Shown here: positions 1 to 8,705 of the stretch, piece after piece
Layout of the letters: every line of letters begins with the position of its first letter
How positions within the stretch are numbered: position 1 is the stretch's first letter
Assembly (NCBI GenBank): GCA_048882385.1
Contig: JBHLRQ010000068.1
Location: 1 to 17,730 of the forward strand
From: Candidatus Thorarchaeota archaeon
GTDB taxonomy: Archaea; Asgardarchaeota; Thorarchaeia; Thorarchaeales; Thorarchaeaceae
Length of the DNA: 17,730 bases
Direction of reading: 5' to 3'
Program-made: the position numbers and the translations under genes
Notes under the pieces: model-generated
The model's input: the letters and a program-made list of their open reading frames with translations, nothing else
The model's database searches: none
What the model was told of the DNA's origin: nothing

Positions 1-657
1 AAAGAAACACATGCTCCAAAATCAAACCTTATCTCAGAGGCTGGTTTCATCGATGCTCGACCGAGAGAGGTACCACTGTCAGTAGCTGACACACGATACT
101 ACTATGGTTGCTCAGCATCAATTGGTCTTATTGAAACATTGGGCTTCCTCCTGCAGGGAGGAAGAATAGATGTTGGATTCCTCGGTGCTGCTCAGATTGA
201 TGAATATGGAAATCTGAATACTAGTTACATTGGGCCCTACAGCAAGCCAAAGGTGAAACTCCCTGGGTCTGGTGGTGGCAATGATATTGCATCATCAGCC
301 AAGCGACTAATAGTCATGATGACTCACGATAAGCGCAAGTTCGTTAAGGAATTGGACTACATGACATCTCCTGGCCATCTTGAAGGACCTGGGTCGCGCA
401 AAAAATGGTCTATGGTCGGAAATGGTCCCGAAGTTGTAATAACAGACATGTGTCAGATGGATTTTGAACCAGAAACTCTGAAGATTCGCTTGAAATCTGT
501 TCATCCTGGCTATTCCACTCAGGACATCTTGGACAATGTTATGTTTGACATTATTGTACCAGACGAAGTACCAACTACACCCGAGCCAACTCAAGACCAG
601 ATTGACATCATGCATCAACTGGATCCAAATGGAATCTATCTTGGCAAGGGTGATTGA
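1..657 (+). CDS. Family I CoA-transferase subunit B (glutaconate/3-oxoadipate CoA-transferase B-like), 5'-truncated by window edge
   Basis: Frame is open from base 1 (KETHAPKSNLISEAGFIDARP...) into the 139..657 ORF. ISEAG carries the likely catalytic Glu (codon 37-39). Motifs DVGFLGAAQIDEYGNLN, LPGSGGGND, YMTSPG and SVHPG are typical of GctB/PcaJ-like beta subunits. Confidence 0.9.
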   Translation, partial: KETHAPKSNLISEAGFIDARPREVPLSVADTRYYYGCSASIGLIETLGFLLQGGRIDVGFLGAAQIDEYGNLNTSYIGPYSKPKVKLPGSGGGNDIASSAKRLIVMMTHDKRKFVKELDYMTSPGHLEGPGSRKKWSMVGNGPEVVITDMCQMDFEPETLKIRLKSVHPGYSTQDILDNVMFDIIVPDEVPTTPEPTQDQIDIMHQLDPNGIYLGKGD

Positions 658-1421
658 ATCCTGGGAGTCTATCTACTTTGCACTCATTAGACATTAGCGA
701 GTTTGAAGCTGTCATCTTCGATTTGGACTCTACACTGACAGACACTCATCGTTATCCTATTATTGCAACCGAATGGCTTCTAGTAAAATCTGGGGTAACT
801 TCCGAACAGGAAATTGCGTCATACGTTCGTCATCTTGTAACAAGATACCGAGAAGCAATTCAAGCCATTGTTGAAGGTGCTCCCTTTCGAAGTCCTTTCG
901 ACATCATACGGACTGCAATGGAGCAAAGTCTTGAAGATTTCAATCTCAACACAGATCAAAAAATTGTTGATGAAGCTACTCAACGGTTCAAATCATTGCA
1001 CATAGAACTATCCACCGTTTATTCTGGTGTAACTGAATTACTCGATTCGCTACTGGGTAAAGGGAAGGCTCTGGGTGTCATCTCTAACAGTTTTATTGGG
1101 CATGCAAATATAATTCTAAAGAAGCTCGAACTTGATCACTACTTTTCATCAGTCATTGACTGTGGCGATGTTCAAGGATTCAAACCGATGAGTTCTCTAT
1201 TCTTGCGTGTTGCGAGAGACCTTGATGTTGAGGCTTCCAAATCTATCTATGTTGGTGACGAATACTATGCGGATATGGTGGGAGCAAAAGGAGTGGGTAT
1301 GACTACTATTTGGATAAACAAATGGGAACGTTCACTCTCCGACCTTGTTGACAAACATGGTGCAGAAACAACACCTGACTTTGTTTTGGACTCTGTTTCG
1401 GAAATGAATAAGATGCTCTAG
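654..1421 (+). CDS. HAD-superfamily hydrolase (subfamily IA, phosphatase-like)
   Basis: Motif I FDLDSTL, motif II ISNS, motif III FKP, motif IV VGDEYYADMVGA, C-terminal PDFVLDSV. TTG start overlaps the upstream TGA; alternative TTG at 678 after GGGAG. Confidence 0.9.
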   Translation: MNPGSLSTLHSLDISEFEAVIFDLDSTLTDTHRYPIIATEWLLVKSGVTSEQEIASYVRHLVTRYREAIQAIVEGAPFRSPFDIIRTAMEQSLEDFNLNTDQKIVDEATQRFKSLHIELSTVYSGVTELLDSLLGKGKALGVISNSFIGHANIILKKLELDHYFSSVIDCGDVQGFKPMSSLFLRVARDLDVEASKSIYVGDEYYADMVGAKGVGMTTIWINKWERSLSDLVDKHGAETTPDFVLDSVSEMNKML

Positions 1422-1539
1422 AGATTTCGAAAGCCTTGATGGTTTCTCGAATGAGAGATACCGACGCAACAAACATATTAACCACCAGAAGGAGTTCCAT
1501 CCTGTGCACAGTGCATGTAATTCAGGAGATGTGAGAAAC

Positions 1540-1989
1540 TTGAGTAAAGATGACGACTTCAGTGGCCCGATGCAGGCTCGTTCTGACCTAATTGATATCC
1601 TGGCACATGACCCTGCAAATACTGAAGCCATTGTTACGATTATAACTGCCGAGCTCAAGGATCTCAAAGATAGCAAAAAGGTGTCAGAGATCTCAAATGC
1701 CTTGACAGAAGCCGCATCTTCTTCTAATGTAGACAAAGAAGCAAGAGATAATGTACTCTACTGGCTCACTAAGACCGCTCCTGATGTCCGCCAGATGATT
1801 CTTGTTCAAACCATTGAGGAGCTTCTAAAACTCCCAACAAGCAAAGAACCAACAATTGAAGCTCTAACAAGAATCTCTTCAAAAGATAATGTCAAAATGG
1901 TTATGGAGTGGGTAGACAGAAAGATTCTGACATTGAACCAAGCAGTCTATGTTCTTCTCTATCCTGATTCATCTGCCGCCTTAAAATAA
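1540..1989 (+). CDS. Hypothetical all-alpha-helical protein
   Basis: ORF 1504..1989. Preferred start is TTG 1540 after AGGAGATGTGA. Amphipathic helices, no recognised catalytic motif. It fills the gap between two real genes, and a TATA-like AAACATATTAA lies upstream at ~1471-1481. Confidence 0.75.
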   Translation: MSKDDDFSGPMQARSDLIDILAHDPANTEAIVTIITAELKDLKDSKKVSEISNALTEAASSSNVDKEARDNVLYWLTKTAPDVRQMILVQTIEELLKLPTSKEPTIEALTRISSKDNVKMVMEWVDRKILTLNQAVYVLLYPDSSAALK

Positions 1990-1999
1990 TCCAACTGAT

Positions 2000-2266
2000 C
2001 TAGATATTTGGAAGATATTTCTTGATGTATTTCTCCCAGTCTGGCTCTAATTCAAGGACATGTTTCGCGCATTCTTTTGCTTGGTCCATTTGACCCAGTT
2101 TATAGTGAAGCTTTGCTTTGTAAAACCAGGCTTTTGCATACTTTGGGTCTAGTTTGATGCTCTCTTCAAATGCAAGTAATGCTTCCTCATATTGCCCTAG
2201 TGTTTCGTGTACTCTAGCAACACTAAACCAATCATATTGTGTTCTTTCCTTGATTTCAGCAGACAA
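2000..2266 (-). CDS. Small stand-alone tetratricopeptide repeat (TPR) protein
   Basis: TPR consensus LGQYEEALLAFEESIKLDPKYAKAWFYKAKLHYKLGQMDQAKEC..LELEP. TTG start with upstream purine-rich GAGGAG/AAAGGA on the minus strand. Confidence 0.88.
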   Translation of the reverse strand: MSAEIKERTQYDWFSVARVHETLGQYEEALLAFEESIKLDPKYAKAWFYKAKLHYKLGQMDQAKECAKHVLELEPDWEKYIKKYLPNI

Positions 2267-2452
2267 TCCTTTTCTCGTTCTCCTCGTTTATTGCGTGTTT
2301 TATCTCAAGAGACCTAATAAAGTCTGAAGTGCGGACTATCCTGTACTGTTTCTCTTATCAAGCCTCATCCAAGTCTTGAAAGCATTCATAAAGGATATTT
2401 TCTAAAAAATGGCCTTCATAACCCCGTTTTATTACCAGTAAGAGCTTTGCCA

Positions 2453-2470
2453 CGAAATGGTCATTATATA
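2453..2470 (+). promoter_or_regulatory. Putative archaeal BRE/TATA promoter for the 2495 gene
   Basis: CGAAATGGTCATTATATA: TTATATA at 2464-2470, about 25-35 nt upstream of the candidate starts. Confidence 0.5.
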
Positions 2471-2494
2471 CCACTAAATCAAGTATCTGAATAG

Positions 2495-3652
2495 GTGAAA
2501 AATCTGAAGACACTTCACAAGTCGTTAATTGGAATTTTCCTAATGGTTTTCCTTCTTGGGACTTCCGCCACCACTGTGAGCGCTATGGGTCCTGGAATGG
2601 GTCATAATCCGGGAATGCCTGGCCATGATAGAATGCAAGATGGGTCATTTTGGATTACAACCGACATAATCTCGATTATGGCTAATGGAGATTATCCTCA
2701 GTTCCATTTTTGGTACGCATCTGATGAAGATGGTTCGTTAGTTCGCTTCTCAGCTTCTTATAATATGATCATAGAGTTTGAGGATGCGAATGATGATGAC
2801 GCATTTCAGACCGGAGAGCAGCTATACTTTGCTCCTCTTGCTGCCTATGAGTGGACAGTGCAAACTGGGTCAATTGAGGATGGGGATGTAACTACTGAAG
2901 TATGGTTGAAATATACAAAATCTGGAGTGCGAAGTGAACCACTTCTTACTGCTGATCTTGCTTCAATGGAAGGACCAGGTTCAGTGGAGCGGTTTGCGGA
3001 TGTGACAATTCAGATCTGGGCTCACATCTACCTAGAGGATTATGAAGGATCAGTGTCCGATGGTAATGGAGCACATGCCAATTTCACAGTAGCTGGTGGT
3101 TCTGAATTGAAAATGGACATTACAATAGGTGGGTTTCCATTTAGTAGTGAAAACTCAAAGGTAGCACTCAAGGCTATCCTTAAGGAGAATGAAGCTACTG
3201 GTCCGCAGATGCACCAACACAGATTCGAAACAAGAGAGCGTTTCAGAAATGTTACTTGTGATTCGAATATGAATTGGACTACTGAGGATGGGAATGAGTC
3301 TCGATTCGAGAGAATGTCTGGTTTTGACACTCAGAAAATTGATTTCATAGATTCTGACACCGGACTTTCTCAGGGATTCTTTAGTTGGTTGGATAAAGCT
3401 GTCATTAGTTGGCCAAGCGCTGGTGATGAAATTGTAAATGTCACAGTTTCATATGCTCCTGTTGGTGATGGTCTAGCTGTCTACTTGGCATATCCTTACT
3501 TCGACAATGGTAGTATTCTACATGATCCCTCAATAGGTCTGTATGAGAATGCTGCTCCATTGATTGATAATCCAGTAACTCCTATCCTTGTTGCTGGTAT
3601 CGGAGGATTTGCTATAATTGCAATACTCGTCATTTTGGTCCGGAAAAAATAA
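2495..3652 (+). CDS. Secreted, C-terminally membrane-anchored cell-surface protein of unknown function
   Basis: N-terminal signal peptide (..LIGIFLMVFLLGTSATTVSA), acidic beta-rich ectodomain with several N-x-S/T sequons (NFT, NVT, NWT, NGS), and a C-terminal TM helix ending RKK. The GTG at 2495 lies within AGGTGA, so the true start may be CTG 2504. Confidence 0.85.
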   Translation: MKNLKTLHKSLIGIFLMVFLLGTSATTVSAMGPGMGHNPGMPGHDRMQDGSFWITTDIISIMANGDYPQFHFWYASDEDGSLVRFSASYNMIIEFEDANDDDAFQTGEQLYFAPLAAYEWTVQTGSIEDGDVTTEVWLKYTKSGVRSEPLLTADLASMEGPGSVERFADVTIQIWAHIYLEDYEGSVSDGNGAHANFTVAGGSELKMDITIGGFPFSSENSKVALKAILKENEATGPQMHQHRFETRERFRNVTCDSNMNWTTEDGNESRFERMSGFDTQKIDFIDSDTGLSQGFFSWLDKAVISWPSAGDEIVNVTVSYAPVGDGLAVYLAYPYFDNGSILHDPSIGLYENAAPLIDNPVTPILVAGIGGFAIIAILVILVRKK

Positions 3653-3679
3653 TCTCTCTCCAGAAGACGTAGAACAATA

Positions 3680-3703
3680 GGGTAGTGGTATTTTCCACTA
3701 CCC
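3680..3703. repeat. Perfect 9-bp inverted repeat (hairpin or operator) between the surface protein gene and the regulator gene
   Basis: GGGTAGTGG-tatttt-CCACTACCC. Outer GACGT (3666-3670) and ACGTC (3711-3715) can extend the stem. Confidence 0.8.
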
Positions 3704-3778
3704 ACCAAAAACGTCCCTAACGAGAAGTCTTATGAAGATGTAAAGAACTGAACCAACAATAATGAGAGGTGTGAATGA

Positions 3779-4774
3779 GTGCAACGCAAAATAGTAGTAT
3801 TGATTGCATTTGTTATCGCATCTCTGTTTATTCTTCCAGTTCAAGGTGAATTTGTAACAGCTCAGACAACTGGTCTGATTATAGATCCAATTGATATCAA
3901 AGCAACCATGAACTCAGATGGAACTACGTCCGTGGATGTTCACGCACGAGTTGTCAATCTTGGTTCCACTGCAATAACATCAATCAACTTCCATATTTAC
4001 TCACTAGAAGTGACCGTTATTCAAGCCTCTGTTAATGAAACAATCTCAAGCTTTAGTACGGTTCTCCTGAACAGGTATACTGAGATTAACATTGCTTTGT
4101 CTCAGCCCCTTGATGTGAATGAGTCAGTATGGTTTGACATTGCAATGATTTCAACAGATTTGCAATCTGAACCGGATGAAGGATCTGGACTAGATCCTAC
4201 TAGACTTCAAAGTGCTTTTGTCTTCTACATTAATCCCTCAATTGATTTTGCTAACTTCACCTTCACTGCAATTCTACCTCAAGATGCAATGCTCTCTCGA
4301 GAATCCGTAGTTCCAATCTTCCCCAATACCAACCTAAACTTCACTGATGGCGATTCCCTAGGATTCGTCTGGTTCATAGAATCACTCCAATCAGGTCAGA
4401 TCAGTTATTTTACCATCCAGTATCAGATTCCCAATGATGATTTGGTTTCCGTTCAGTCAGACCTCCTATCTGCTATCATCATTGCACTGCTTGGAATTAT
4501 GGTAGGAATCATTCTCACGTTAGGAGGACCAAAGTTCTATCAACGAGTTCGAAGGATTGGGAAAGTAAGATTTGTTGGGGTGACAACAGAAGAGGAAGAG
4601 GTTCTTGAAGTGATAAGAGCAAAAGGTGGCTCTTGTCCGCAGAAGGATCTCTATACTGAGTTTGAAATGTCCCAAGCTAAGGTTAGTCTTATACTCAACA
4701 ATTTAGAAGAGCGTGGTCTTGTTCGACGATTCCGAGAAGGGCGAGAAAACGTTGTTCATATAATGGAAGACTAA
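3779..4774 (+). CDS. Membrane-anchored winged-HTH transcriptional regulator (COG2512-like one-component system)
   Basis: Signal peptide, ~200 aa beta-rich ectodomain, one TM helix (AIIIALLGIMVGIILTLGG), then cytoplasmic wHTH EEEEVLEVIRAKGGSCPQKDLYTEFEMSQAKVSLILNNLEERGLVRRFREGRENVV. GAGGTGTGA RBS before the GTG. Confidence 0.85.
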   Translation: MQRKIVVLIAFVIASLFILPVQGEFVTAQTTGLIIDPIDIKATMNSDGTTSVDVHARVVNLGSTAITSINFHIYSLEVTVIQASVNETISSFSTVLLNRYTEINIALSQPLDVNESVWFDIAMISTDLQSEPDEGSGLDPTRLQSAFVFYINPSIDFANFTFTAILPQDAMLSRESVVPIFPNTNLNFTDGDSLGFVWFIESLQSGQISYFTIQYQIPNDDLVSVQSDLLSAIIIALLGIMVGIILTLGGPKFYQRVRRIGKVRFVGVTTEEEEVLEVIRAKGGSCPQKDLYTEFEMSQAKVSLILNNLEERGLVRRFREGRENVVHIMED

Positions 4775-4786
4775 TTCGTTCGAAAT

Positions 4787-4801
4787 CGAAAGGCTTTATA
4801 T
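4787..4801 (+). promoter_or_regulatory. Archaeal BRE-TATA promoter of the methylmalonyl-CoA mutase operon
   Basis: CGAAAGG-C-TTTATAT matches the BRE plus TATA consensus, ~48 nt upstream of the TTG at 4849. Confidence 0.7.
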
Positions 4802-4848
4802 CGCAACCAGAGTCTTCACCAGACGAATCATCGACTTGAGGTGTGTTC

Positions 4849-5250
4849 TTGAGTTCTTCAAAGAAGATTCGTGTATTAGTAGCAAAGCCTGGGTTGGACG
4901 GACATGATAGGGGTGCCAAGATTGTTGCCCGTGCATTGAGAGATGCGGGGATGGAGGTCATCTATACAGGTCTCAGACAGACACCTGAAATGGTTGTGCG
5001 TGCTGCTCTAGATGAGGGTGTGCATTGCATCGGTCTCAGTATTCTGAGCGGAGCTCATAACGCTCTATTTCCGCGGATTATGGAGCTCCTGAAGGAGGAA
5101 GGTGTTGATGACATCCTTGTTGTTGGTGGAGGAATCATCCCGGAGGATGATATTCCGGAATTGAAGAAATCTGGAATTTCAGCAATCTTTGGTCCAGGAA
5201 CTCCACTGGATGAGATTGTTGAGTATATCCAGAGCAATGTCAAACTCTAG
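4849..5250 (+). CDS. Methylmalonyl-CoA mutase small subunit (cobalamin-binding domain)
   Basis: B12-binding motif [10 protein letters not shown], plus [16 protein letters not shown] and IFGPGT. ORF track start is 4843; RBS GAGGTG (4838-4843) favours TTG 4849. Confidence 0.95.
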   Translation: MSSSKKIRVLVAKPGLDGHDRGAKIVARALRDAGMEVIYTGLRQTPEMVVRAALDEGVHCIGLSILSGAHNALFPRIMELLKEEGVDDILVVGGGIIPEDDIPELKKSGISAIFGPGTPLDEIVEYIQSNVKL

Positions 5251-5273
5251 TTTTGCTATCTGAGGAAGTTGCC

Positions 5274-6233
5274 TTGCCCGTGACCAAACTTGTCAAGGGA
5301 GTATTGAAAGGAAATCGTAGAGACCTAGCTCGTCTAATCTCTCTCATTGAGAATGAGGATAGCGATGCTCCTGAGGCTCTTAGTCAACTGTATCGTCATA
5401 CTGGCAAGGCTCACATAATTGGTGTGACTGGTCCCCCTGGGTCGGGAAAAAGCTCGCTCGTGACTAAACTAACTACAGAGTTCCGGAGTCGTTCAAAATC
5501 GATTGGTGTTGTTTGCGTTGACCCATCGAGTCCCTTCACTGGGGGAGCACTGTTAGGTGACAGAATACGAATGCAGGAGCATAGTTTAGATCCGGAGGTC
5601 TATGTTCGTAGTATGGGTACTCGCGGACATTTGGGAGGTTTGGCAAGAGCGACATCTGATGCAGTGAGAGCGATAGACGCTTTTGGAAAAGACATCATAT
5701 TCGTTGAAACTGTTGGGGCTGGGCAATCTGAGGTCGAGGTTATCGATATAGCTCACACCGTGATTGTCACTGATGTCCCTGGAAGTGGAGACGATATTCA
5801 AGCAATCAAAGCTGGAATTATGGAGATCGCAGACATTTTTGTAGTCAATAAAATGGACCTGCCCGGAGCTGACAAAAAGGTCACTGAGATAAACGCAATG
5901 CTTGACATCGATCCAAGAGAGAGAGCCTGGCGACCGCCTGTGCTTCTTACAAACTCTAGGACAGGAGATGGTGTCAAAGAACTTGCTGACAGGACCATCG
6001 AACATCTAAAGTTTTTGAAAGACAGTGGGCAATACGAACAGAAAGGTCTGAAACGTAGCCGTGATGAACTCCAAGAACTCATGAAATACAAGCTCACCCA
6101 AGAACTCTATCAGAAACTGGAAGGTAAACCAGAATATGAGGAAGCTATCAAAAAGATTGCATCGCGGAAGGAAGATCCCTATACACTGGCTGAGAAGCTG
6201 ATTGCTGAATTCCTATTTAGTGAGAGCAGGTGA
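5274..6233 (+). CDS. meaB: MeaB/ArgK GTPase, methylmalonyl-CoA mutase chaperone
   Basis: P-loop [55 protein letters not shown] and NKMD. ORF from 5253; TTG 5274 follows GAGGA. Confidence 0.96.
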   Translation: MPVTKLVKGVLKGNRRDLARLISLIENEDSDAPEALSQLYRHTGKAHIIGVTGPPGSGKSSLVTKLTTEFRSRSKSIGVVCVDPSSPFTGGALLGDRIRMQEHSLDPEVYVRSMGTRGHLGGLARATSDAVRAIDAFGKDIIFVETVGAGQSEVEVIDIAHTVIVTDVPGSGDDIQAIKAGIMEIADIFVVNKMDLPGADKKVTEINAMLDIDPRERAWRPPVLLTNSRTGDGVKELADRTIEHLKFLKDSGQYEQKGLKRSRDELQELMKYKLTQELYQKLEGKPEYEEAIKKIASRKEDPYTLAEKLIAEFLFSESR

Positions 6234-6238
6234 ACAAC

Positions 6239-7909
6239 ATGGGGGATGAAAAGAAGCTCAGAGAAACGCTACAGAATTGGGAGGATGAAACAATCGCCAA
6301 GACTGTAAAGAAATTTCCAGAGCGTGCAGAGAACTTCAAGACTATATCTGGACTTCCAACAAAACGCCTCTATACTCCATTAGACTTGAAGGATTTGAAT
6401 TACGAAAGAGATCTCGGGTTTCCGGGCCAATATCCATTCACAAGAGGAGTGCAACCTACTGGATATCGTGGTAGATTCTGGACAATGCGACAGTATAGCG
6501 GCTTTGCCACAGCAAAGGAAACCAATCAAAGATTTCACTTTTTACTCGAACAAGGACAGACAGGTCTCTCCGTAGCTTTTGATCTTCCAACACAGATTGG
6601 GTATGACTCTGATGACCCACTAGCCCAAGGCGAGGTTGGTAAGGTTGGCGTTGCAATTGATTCACTTGCAGATGCAGAGGTTCTATTCGATAATATCCCT
6701 CTTGACAAAGTGAGTACTTCAATGACAATAAACTCACCAGCTGCGGTTCTATTAGCAATGTACATTGTCGTTGCTGAGAAACAAGGTGTACCCATGGAAA
6801 AACTGCGGGGCACCATTCAAAACGATCTGCTGAAAGAATATGTTGCTCGAGGAACATACATCTTTCCACCAAAGCCATCTATGAGAATAATCACTGACAT
6901 TTTCCAGTTCTGCAGTGAAAATATGCCACTTTGGAATACAATATCAATCTCAGGTTATCATATACGTGAAGCAGGTTCGACTGCAGTTCAGGAAGTAGCC
7001 TTTACACTTTCAAATGGTATTGCTTACGTACAAGCGGCCATTGATGCTGGGTTGGATGTAGATGACTTTGCCTCACGGCTGTCATTCTTTTTCGGTTCGC
7101 ATAGTGATTTCCTCGAGGAGATATGCAAGTTCCGTGCAGCCAGACGACTCTGGGCTAGAATCATGCGCGACCGATTCAAGGCGAAAGAAGACAGTTCTTG
7201 TCGATTGCGTTTTCATACACAGACTGCTGGATGCACATTAACTGCTCAGCAGCCCGATAACAATGTTGTACGCGTAGCGCTACAAGCCCTTCAAGCAGTC
7301 TTAGGAGGTACTCAGTCACTTCATACTAACTCACGAGATGAAGCACTATCCCTTCCAACCGAAGACTCAGTTCAGATTGCGCTTCGCACGCAACAGATCA
7401 TCGCACATGAATCAGGGGTTGGCGATACAATTGATCCGCTAGCAGGATCGTTCTATATTGAGAGCCTTACCAACACAATCGAAGAGAATGCTCTGGACTA
7501 TATTCAGAAAATAGATGAGATGGGTGGAGCTCCTGCTGCTATTGAAAGAGGCTTCATACAACGTGAAATTCATGATGCCGCCTATCAGTTTCAGAAGGAT
7601 GTTGATGAAGGCAAACGTATTGTTGTTGGAGTAAACAAGTTTACAGTTGAAGAGGAGTCACAGTTCGATTATCTTCGCGTGAACCCTGAGGCTGAGAGAG
7701 AACAGATTAGACAACTTGAGAAAGTAAGGAAAGCACGTGATGATACGCAAGTCAAAGATGCTTTAGAAGCACTCCGAACTGCGGCAGAGAGTGATGTCAA
7801 CCTAATGCCGTTAATCATTGAAGCAGTGAAGCTGTATGCAACTTTGGGAGAAATTTGTGGAGTTCTTAGAGATGTATTTGGAGAATACAAAGCTCCAGAT
7901 ATTATTTGA
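6239..7909 (+). CDS. Methylmalonyl-CoA mutase large (substrate-binding) subunit
   Basis: [68 protein letters not shown]. The Tyr and Arg specificity residues indicate methylmalonyl-CoA mutase rather than isobutyryl-CoA mutase. ORF from 6230; ATG 6239 follows AGGTGA. Confidence 0.96.
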   Translation: MGDEKKLRETLQNWEDETIAKTVKKFPERAENFKTISGLPTKRLYTPLDLKDLNYERDLGFPGQYPFTRGVQPTGYRGRFWTMRQYSGFATAKETNQRFHFLLEQGQTGLSVAFDLPTQIGYDSDDPLAQGEVGKVGVAIDSLADAEVLFDNIPLDKVSTSMTINSPAAVLLAMYIVVAEKQGVPMEKLRGTIQNDLLKEYVARGTYIFPPKPSMRIITDIFQFCSENMPLWNTISISGYHIREAGSTAVQEVAFTLSNGIAYVQAAIDAGLDVDDFASRLSFFFGSHSDFLEEICKFRAARRLWARIMRDRFKAKEDSSCRLRFHTQTAGCTLTAQQPDNNVVRVALQALQAVLGGTQSLHTNSRDEALSLPTEDSVQIALRTQQIIAHESGVGDTIDPLAGSFYIESLTNTIEENALDYIQKIDEMGGAPAAIERGFIQREIHDAAYQFQKDVDEGKRIVVGVNKFTVEEESQFDYLRVNPEAEREQIRQLEKVRKARDDTQVKDALEALRTAAESDVNLMPLIIEAVKLYATLGEICGVLRDVFGEYKAPDII

Positions 7910-7922
7910 CAGGAGGCGATGA

Positions 7923-8333
7923 ATGATGTCTATTGAGAAGATAGCCCATGTTGGAGTAGCTGTTGAAAGCATAGAAACTTGGATTAGTTATTACAGGGAT
8001 GTTCTTGGACTGGAATACAAGGGATCTGAAGACGTAGCTGAGCAAAAAGTTAGAGTGGCTTTCTTCGAGATTGGTGAAAGCAAGATAGAACTTCTCGAAC
8101 CCACTTCTCCTGATAGTCCAATAGCCTCGTTTCTAGAGAAAAGAGGTGGTGGTATCCATCACATTGCTGTGCTGGTTGATGACATTGAGGCAGCTCTTGC
8201 AAAGCATCATAAAGCTGGAGCAAGGCTTATTGATAACGAACCTCGTATCGGAGCCCACGGCATGCGTATCGCCTTCATACATCCCAAATCTTCAGGAGGG
8301 GTTTTAATGGAGCTCTGTCAAGAGCCTCGCTGA
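7923..8333 (+). CDS. mce: Methylmalonyl-CoA epimerase (VOC family)
   Basis: IAHVGVAV, KIELLEP, SPIASFLEKRGGGIHHIA, IAFIHPKSSGGVLMELCQ. AGGAGG RBS; directly follows the mutase. Confidence 0.96.
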   Translation: MMSIEKIAHVGVAVESIETWISYYRDVLGLEYKGSEDVAEQKVRVAFFEIGESKIELLEPTSPDSPIASFLEKRGGGIHHIAVLVDDIEAALAKHHKAGARLIDNEPRIGAHGMRIAFIHPKSSGGVLMELCQEPR

Positions 8334-8419
8334 ATGGTTTTGTCAAACACATCTTTGAAATGTGTAAACCTTATCAGATTATTTTCTATAATAATGTGCA
8401 CTTAGGAGGTGCGTAGGAA

Positions 8420-8695
8420 GTGTCAGAGAAGAATGCGACGACACGCTATGAGTACTACCGAGCGGCCAAGAGTCATGAGGCAAATGAGAGATATGAAGAG
8501 GCTCTCGAAGCATATGACAAGGCAATTGAGTTGAGCGAGAATTACGCTCATGCCTGGTTCTATAAGAGCCGTCTACTCTACAAAATGGAAAAATATGGCG
8601 AATGCATTGGCTGCGCAGAAAAAGCACGGCAACTTGAGCCAACTTGGGGCGACCATATAGCGAAACTGATTGAGGATGCAAAGAAGAGGTTGTAA
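8420..8695 (+). CDS. Small stand-alone TPR protein, paralog of 2000..2266
   Basis: YEEALEAYDKAIELSENYAHAWFYKSRLLYKMEKYGECIGCAEKARQLEP. Strong AGGAGGTG RBS (8404-8411) before the GTG. Confidence 0.88.
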   Translation: MSEKNATTRYEYYRAAKSHEANERYEEALEAYDKAIELSENYAHAWFYKSRLLYKMEKYGECIGCAEKARQLEPTWGDHIAKLIEDAKKRL

Positions 8696-8705
8696 TCCAT
8701 AGGCA

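Noticed and set aside
2267-2494. Longest intergenic region as tRNA/ncRNA or hidden gene
   Set aside because: I saw no cloverleaf, T-loop motif or convincing ORF; the length fits two divergent promoters.
5274-6233. MeaB as the GTPase partner of the longin/roadblock protein
   Set aside because: MeaB is a SIMIBI-class mutase chaperone fully explained by its operon, not a Ras-like GTPase.
5248-6241. Possible frameshifted or read-through IcmF fusion (TAG at 5250, TGA at 6233)
   Set aside because: The three ORFs are in different frames, each has its own RBS and a complete terminus, and the IcmF linker and specificity residues are absent.
655-8333. Selenocysteine/pyrrolysine read-through at TGA/TAG stops
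   Set aside because: The stops checked (657, 6233, 8333) fall at the expected family C-termini, and in-frame continuations are short and meaningless.
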